Made by a program: the position numbers and the translations under genes
Part shown: positions 58,201 through 64,000 of the stretch, piece after piece
How positions within the stretch are numbered: the stretch's first letter is position 1
Layout: the number at the start of each line of letters is the position of its first letter
The notes under the pieces: model-generated
Told to the model about the DNA's origin: nothing
What the model saw: only the letters and a program-made list of their open reading frames with translations
Database searches by the model: none
Source: Amoebophrya sp. A120
Taxonomy: Eukaryota; Protista; Dinoflagellata
Assembly: GCA_905178155.1 (NCBI GenBank)
Contig: CAJINV010000002.1
Span: 8,079,224-8,143,223 of the forward strand
Direction: 5' to 3'
Length of the DNA: 64,000 nucleotides

Positions 58201-59477
58201 CTGCGACATCACAGAAACTTCCTATGGTTTTGCGAGAAATTGAAATGCAATTCCATTTCTAGCCGTGCCTTCCAGTAGAAAGCGCGCATACGAAATCTCT
58301 TATGTCATGCGAAAGTAACCTGTTGCATGCGAAAGAAACCTGTCATGCGAATTATCCTCCAATATCTCTACAGTGAAATGCTTTTTTCGCACGATGCAGC
58401 CTTTCGGGAGAAGGGTATCCTGAGTAAAAACATCCCCACACCAGAGTCAAGATGGGGATTTTGCAACACAAACCTAGAACTTTTGGGGGTCACGCATCAC
58501 AGGTTGCAGTCCGTAGTGTAGTGCAGGTTCGCAAGGCCAGCTGCATCAGAAATCCATCTGCTTATCCTGTTTACAGCATTACAAATTCCAAAACATGACT
58601 AAAAATGCCTCTCCTTGCGATGCGCATTACAAATGTTCCTGTCATTGCAAATCTGCATGACAACTCTGGCAGCGGGGCGCACTGACAAAAAGAGGCGGAA
58701 CGCAGCGAGGAGAGTGGCCTCGCTGTCGTTGCCGACCCAAGCAAATTTGATCCGTATCGTAGACGTAAGCACACTGCGCAAAAGATCCGGCAGCTTGTTT
58801 TTTGGCTGTCCCCCACTTATTAGATTGTCGTCAAAAATTAGTGATAGCGTTACTCCATTGCCGCCTTTGCGATATTTTTTTAGCGGACCCCGCACCAGAT
58901 CCCTCATGCCATTCCCGCGCAGTATTGAACACGTTTGACTCAATCACATAGACTCCCCTCGCTTCGGCACACCTCATCTGCCTAGTCGCCCCTAGGTAGG
59001 TGCAGGAATTTTCTGTGTGGGCTTTTTCTGATTAATTATTCCGACAGGGGCTGCGTCTTTTTTTTCTGCCTTGCCAGCAGAGTATGTGTGAAAGGGGGGG
59101 AATTGACGGAAGTGGAGCGAGACCTTGGTGCTGGAGAAGAGGACAAGAGTGGAAATGGTACAAACAAAAAACAAGCACCAATATACCCGCGCCATCTGCT
59201 TAACTGTGTGAATTATTGTGTCGGCCCGGTCCTGTTTAGTCGCAGGTCGGTGTCCGTGAGATCAGAATTCACATGTTAAGTAACGCACACCGGCTCCTAG
59301 CTTAAAAAAAATGATGAATTTATATGCGAATGGGGCCCAATCAAAAAAAAAAAAATCTGCATGACAACTCTGGTGTGGGGACGTTTTTACTCAGGATAAA
59401 GGGGTACGCGTAATCAGGCTGGCGAAAGTTTCCGCGGCCTTCCGTCTGGGCTCGGGGCGATGATGCAGTTCTTGTAA
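55249..59477 (+). CDS. Hypothetical secreted or membrane protein. Exons approx. 55249-56896, 57114-58134, 58402-58415, 59404-59477
   Basis: Hydrophobic LLAALALAVVLGGAA. The 587-aa and 362-aa ORFs join in phase via GT-AG intron 56897-57113. Removing E10 and E11 extends the frame to a stop at 59475-59477. The last two exons are less certain. Confidence 0.6.
58135..58396. mobile_element. Introner E10 (degenerate singleton), 262 bp
   Basis: Imperfect TIR TATCGCAAGAGAAAACTGCTTCACTG / CAGTGAAATGCTTTTTTCGCACGATG. Degenerate DR ACACC/CAGCC. Internal TGTCATGC motifs. Confidence 0.65.
58416..59398. mobile_element. Introner E11 (family D) carrying a nested insertion; 983 bp, or 279 bp without insert and one TSD
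   Basis: DR AAGGG at 58411-58415 and 59399-59403. Near-perfect TIR TATCCTGAGTAAAAACATCCCCACACCAGAGT / ACTCTGGTGTGGGGACGTTTTTACTCAGGATA. Confidence 0.92.
58670..59352 (+). mobile_element. Poly(A)-tailed retroposon-like insert R2 nested in E11
   Basis: TSD AAATCTGCATGACAACTCTGG at 58649-58669 and 59353-59373. 3' end GGGGCCCAATC followed by an A13 run. Shares conserved blocks with R1. Confidence 0.82.
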
Positions 59478-61114
59478 AAATCGGTGCGCGGAGGCGGAGC
59501 AACCGACGGGTTCACTGACTTGTATTGGAAATAAAGGATGACGAAGATATCGCAAATGCACTTTTTTACTTGTACAGGGGCGGCAGTCCCTCTTGACGAG
59601 ATTACTTTACATATATCGAGCATCAAAATTATACTTTGTCAGCGAAGAATTTTTGACTTTCTACATCTAGTAGTAAATTTTCAAGACATTAATTCTGCAT
59701 GAAGAGCCGGTTTTCATCAGCGGTTGCTGAGTTTTGTTTTTTTTTTGACTACACAACTAAGATTCATTTTTGTTTCGCAGTGGCAATATACGATTATTTC
59801 CAAATGATCGTATAAATTCGAAAGAAGCCCACTGATGCGCTGCAGCGGGAAGGCGCACAGTGCTATTTTACGCGAAAACGAAATTTTTGGGCGAACGCGA
59901 TCGTGGGATAGGTTCTAACAAGGTAGTTTCGCCAAAACTGCCTCACGTTCGAAAGAACTTGATGCACTTCTAAGTCCACGTAGGCAAGGAAAATCTCACA
60001 CACGCGTTCCCGACCGAATATCAAGCGTGAAAATTCGAAATGCAACACAGCTGTTCTGACAGGAAGCGTGGACAGATCAGATTGTCGGTAGAAAGATCAT
60101 TATCCACGTCGGTGACGCCTGTATTGATTGTAGCGTGATCGGTCTACTATGTCGGTAAAACTAAGTTGAAAACTCAAACGAAAAAGTTAGGGGTGTTGAC
60201 AACCGTGCCAGCTTGGTCGTGCCAAAATTGCGGAGATCAAAAATACTTGAAGGGTCTTGTGCAAAAAAACGAGGCTTAAAAAAGAGAGATCGGCAGAGAT
60301 TGTATCCAAATAAAGGTAAGAGAGGGAACGTGGTCCTCACATGGTGTGTGTCTCTGAGTATGTACAACAGATCAAGAAGGCCAACGCTCCTGCAACAAAA
60401 CAAATTGTACGTTGCCAAGAACTTCTGATCCGATTCGAAATCTTCAATATATTTGCTAAAGCTGCACAATTTCTTGTACAGAAATCGAGGAGCGAACAAG
60501 TGGATCTTCATCGCCTTTTAAAAATGAAATGTTGATGTCGCCAATCGATACTTGAAAGCTACCTGACCAAAATCACATAAAAATCTTCTGCCAGGACCAC
60601 CGTCGTGGAAAAGAGGTCCCCACCACAGCTACTGCTTAGTAGTGTCCAAATTGGTTCTTCAGAACAAGGGTTCTGCTCGCAGTGTCGCGTCATCGTACGA
60701 GAGCAGTGGATCGAAGTCCGATTTATGATGAAAATTTGATATTGAGTTAGAAAGAAAAAGTGCGAGGACAATTTCTCAAAACCTCTCTCGTCCTCTTCCG
60801 CTGCATTCCATTTCTGTTTTTTCGCCGAAACAAGGAAGGAACAAGAAGCGACCTAGCTATCTTCATCCATTGATATCACAGTCTCACTGTAGTGGTCTTT
60901 CAGCGAACACCAAAACTGAACCTGTTTTCGACTACGACTCCTTGATGACCCAATCAATTACCCAAGAACGTGCTTAGACCAACTTTGGCTACGGGAAAAA
61001 AGAACTTCGGAATACATTCGACGATTACAATATATTTGAAACACATCGGCGAAATAACACGACTGTTTGCTACAAAGTCGATAAGTATCCTCCTAGAAAT
61101 AGGCTGAGAACAAA

Positions 61115-64000
61115 ATGGGTGTGCCAACCTTCTTTCGCTGGCTGTGTACCCGGTACCCCAAGACCATCCGGGACGCAGTGGAGAAGGAGCTGATCGAGAA
61201 GGATGGTCGTTTCGTGCCAATCGACATCAACGAGGAAAACCCGATATCCTGTGCAAAAGTATCGCACTCGTATTGCAATCATGCATTACAAATCTTTTTC
61301 TTAAACGTTAATCAGCATTACAAATTTTATTTCTCATGCTGAGGAAATTCGTAATGCATTTATACGAGTGCGATTGCGATACTTTTGCAATTCATACCCG
61401 AACGGCGGGTTCGACTGTCTCTACCTGGATATGAACGCAATCATTCACCCTTGTTCCCACCCCGAGGAGGGAAAACCGCCAAAAAACGAGGGGGAGATGT
61501 TTGAGTTGATCTTCCTGTACATCGACAGGTACAGATGAATTTACGATAATATTATGGTGAACATTTCATTAGTTGTGCTTGTGCGGTAGAACAAGCATGG
61601 CGTAATTATTTGGTGGGACGAGGAGGAACACGAACAGTTACATTACTAGAATTTTTGCAAAATTGCAAAACCTTGGACGTAAAAATAAACGCCTCGCTTG
61701 TAATATTTTGCTACGGTCGTCGTGTATGTCTTTGCACTAAATGACGTGGCAAAAGAGAAAAATCGCCAAACATTGATTCCGCAGGCCCGTGTGCGAAGGT
61801 ATTTTTTTCAAAAAAAAAAACAGGATCATCCGTATCGTCCGACCCAACAAGCTGCTCTACATGGCAGTCGACGGCTGCGCGCCGCGTGCCAAGATGAACC
61901 AGCAACGGGCGCGTCGATTTCGTGCGGCCCAGGAACGCGACGAACAGGCAGCGGAAAAGGAGAAGCTCAAAGCCGAGTGGGAGGCCGAAGGCAGGAAATT
62001 GCCACCGAAACAGGCACTGGCAGCCGCGTTCGACTCGAATGTTATCACACCAGGTACAACTACTAGCGCGAAAGATTAACATATGCGAATGATTTGTTCA
62101 TCTCTATACCTTTTTTCCGTCGTGGAATAGGAAGACGAGTTTTTTTTTTCCATCACGCAACCAAGAACATAGAAACAATTATGCCTTATCATCATCACGA
62201 CATCTTCACAGGAACGAAGTTTATGTGGGACCTGAACGAGGCTATTAAGTACTACATCCACGAGCGAACGAACTTCGATCCTTTGTGGCAAAAACTCCGG
62301 TTCCGCGTGATTCTGTCCGACTGCCAGATTCCCGGGGAGGGAGAGCACAAGTTGATGGACTTCATCCGAATTCAGCGGGCCCAGCCCGAGTACGACCCGA
62401 ACACGCGGCACTGCATCTACGGCGCGGACGCGGATCTGATCCACCTGGCGCTGGCCAGCCACGAAACGCACTTCCACATCATTCGTGAGGTGGTCTTGCC
62501 AAAAGAGGAGAAGAAGCAGGACCCCTGGGAGCAGTTCGAGGCCGATGAGGAGGAGGCGGAGGAGGTCGCGAAGGCCAAGCCCTTCCAGTTCATCAACATC
62601 GGCGTGCTGCGCCAGTATTTGTACTTCGAGTTCGAACCCCTCCGGGACAAGCTGCCCTTCCCGTACAACTTCGAGCGGTGCGTGGACGACTTCGTCTTCT
62701 TCTGTTTCTTCGTCGGGAACGATTTTTTACCGCACTTGCCCTCCTTGAACATCAGGGACGGCAGCATCGACATGATGATTCTGCTCTACCTGGAAACGCT
62801 CCCCAAACTCGGCGACTACCTGACCGACGCGGGGACCTTGAACCTGGAAACGACGGAGAAGTTTCTGGAGGACCTCGGGTCCGTCGAGGATCAGGTGTTC
62901 AAAAACCGGCTCGCGCGGGAGGCCAAGCAGAAGCAGGAGTTCGACGAGGCGCGGGACGGGGGCAAGGGGCTGGAGGAACTGGAGAAAAACGTGGAGGACG
63001 ACGAGGAGGAGGCGAAGATCGAGCGGATCAAGCGGGAAAAGCGCGACAAGGAACTGCAGGAGAAGAAGACCAAGGGCGAGTCCGCGAAGGGCATGGCGGA
63101 GGGGAAGAAGAAGAAAAAAATCGTCCGGAAAAAGAAGGGCATCGAGGTGAAAAAGGATGCGGACAAGAAGGAGGCCAGCGAAAAGAAGGACGAAAAAGCA
63201 TCGCCAAAGAATTCGCCGAAGCAGGCCGCGAAGAAGGTCGACGTGACGGCGGCAGCGGATCAGCTCGCCGCGCTCTTCGACAACGAGGCGGAATCCAGTA
63301 TCCTATGTAAAAACGTATCCACCCCATAGTCAAGATGGGGAATCGGCTAGACAAATCCACAAGCTTTGGCTGTTTCGCATGACAAATTTGGACGCGTAGT
63401 GTAGTTGTGTTTGAGCTAGTTCAGCAGCATTACAGATCTAGTTTCTCATGCTGATTGGAGCATGACAAATTTCAAAACACCATTAGAAAATGCTTCTCAT
63501 GGGGCTCCGCATGAGAAACATTTTAAGCATGCAGACTTGCGTGACAACTATGGTGTGGGGACGTTTTTACACAGGATATGCAGTTCCGAAGAAGAAGTCG
63601 AAGTCACGGATGACGAGGCCAGCGACGCCGAGAAGCCGAAAGAGAAACCCTCACCCATGGCGAAGGTACTAGAGAAGATTTTACCGTCTGCGTTTGCGTA
63701 TGAGGATACAGAGACAGACCCCAAATAACCCCATGCATATAGTTATAATCTTATCGATTGGCAGCTCTTTAGTGCTTGGTTCAAGGTGGAGATGTGTATT
63801 TACTTTTATCGGAACAGTGGTAGCAAGAGTCTTGAGTTTTGCATAAGGCAGAAACAGAAAGCGGTTAACGACCGAGGACATCGACTCTGGCGTCCTGTGA
63901 ACAAGCGCATGAAACAACTTTTTTCAAAAATCACTCACAGCCCGTCGTGAACTCGAAGAGACGCGAGGAGAAGATGGAAGAAGCGTTTTTGAAGCAGGTG
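61115..64000 (+). CDS. XRN2: 5'-3' exoribonuclease 2 (Rat1/XRN2), 3' partial. Exons 61115-61244, 61402-61528, 61824-62053, 62212-63298, 63584-63665, 63941->64000
   Basis: [34 protein letters not shown] (only after E12 removal), [68 protein letters not shown]2 versus XRN1 judged by eye. Confidence 0.9.
61245..61396. mobile_element. Introner E12 (family B, inverted relative to E2), 152 bp
   Basis: DR CCCGA at 61240-61244 and 61397-61401. Its reverse complement aligns with E2. Excision rebuilds the conserved XRN N-terminus. Confidence 0.95.
63299..63578. mobile_element. Introner E13 (family D, empty copy), 280 bp
   Basis: DR TCCAG (63294-63298) / TGCAG (63579-63583). Family D TIRs. Frame restored (EAESSSEEEV). 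No nested insert. Confidence 0.92.

Noticed and set aside
58670-59352. Nested inserts as Fanzor/TnpB omega-RNA cassettes or internal remnants of an autonomous DNA transposon
   Set aside because: No RuvC or transposase motifs are visible. Poly(A), long variable TSDs and an empty copy of matching length fit retrotransposition better. Not formally excluded.

Overview
Eukaryotic, intron-containing DNA with about 15 protein-coding genes, all on the + strand. Recognisable genes: an RCC1-repeat protein (partial), a GST, CCT6, a GT7 galactosyltransferase-like protein, U2A', DHFR-TS, a PIP5K-family kinase, a divergent protein kinase and XRN2 (partial). The organisation fits an alveolate, most likely the parasitic dinoflagellate Amoebophrya (inference). 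Besides ordinary GT-AG introns, 13 MITE-like introner elements interrupt coding exons. They are 145-325 bp when empty, with TAT...ATA ends, terminal inverted repeats (TIRs) and 5-bp direct repeats (DRs). Removing each element plus one DR rejoins the reading frame (least certain for the pair at 58.1-59.4 kb). The most novel signal: two copies of one introner family each carry an independently inserted, poly(A)-tailed element at the same nucleotide, flanked by 18-21 bp target-site duplications (TSDs) and sharing a conserved structured-RNA core. A third copy of the family is empty. This looks like a site-specific retroposon that parasitises introners and would be spliced out with them. Two 1.5-2 kb extremely GC-rich decayed coding regions are also present. 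All exon boundaries were inferred by eye and need RNA-seq confirmation.
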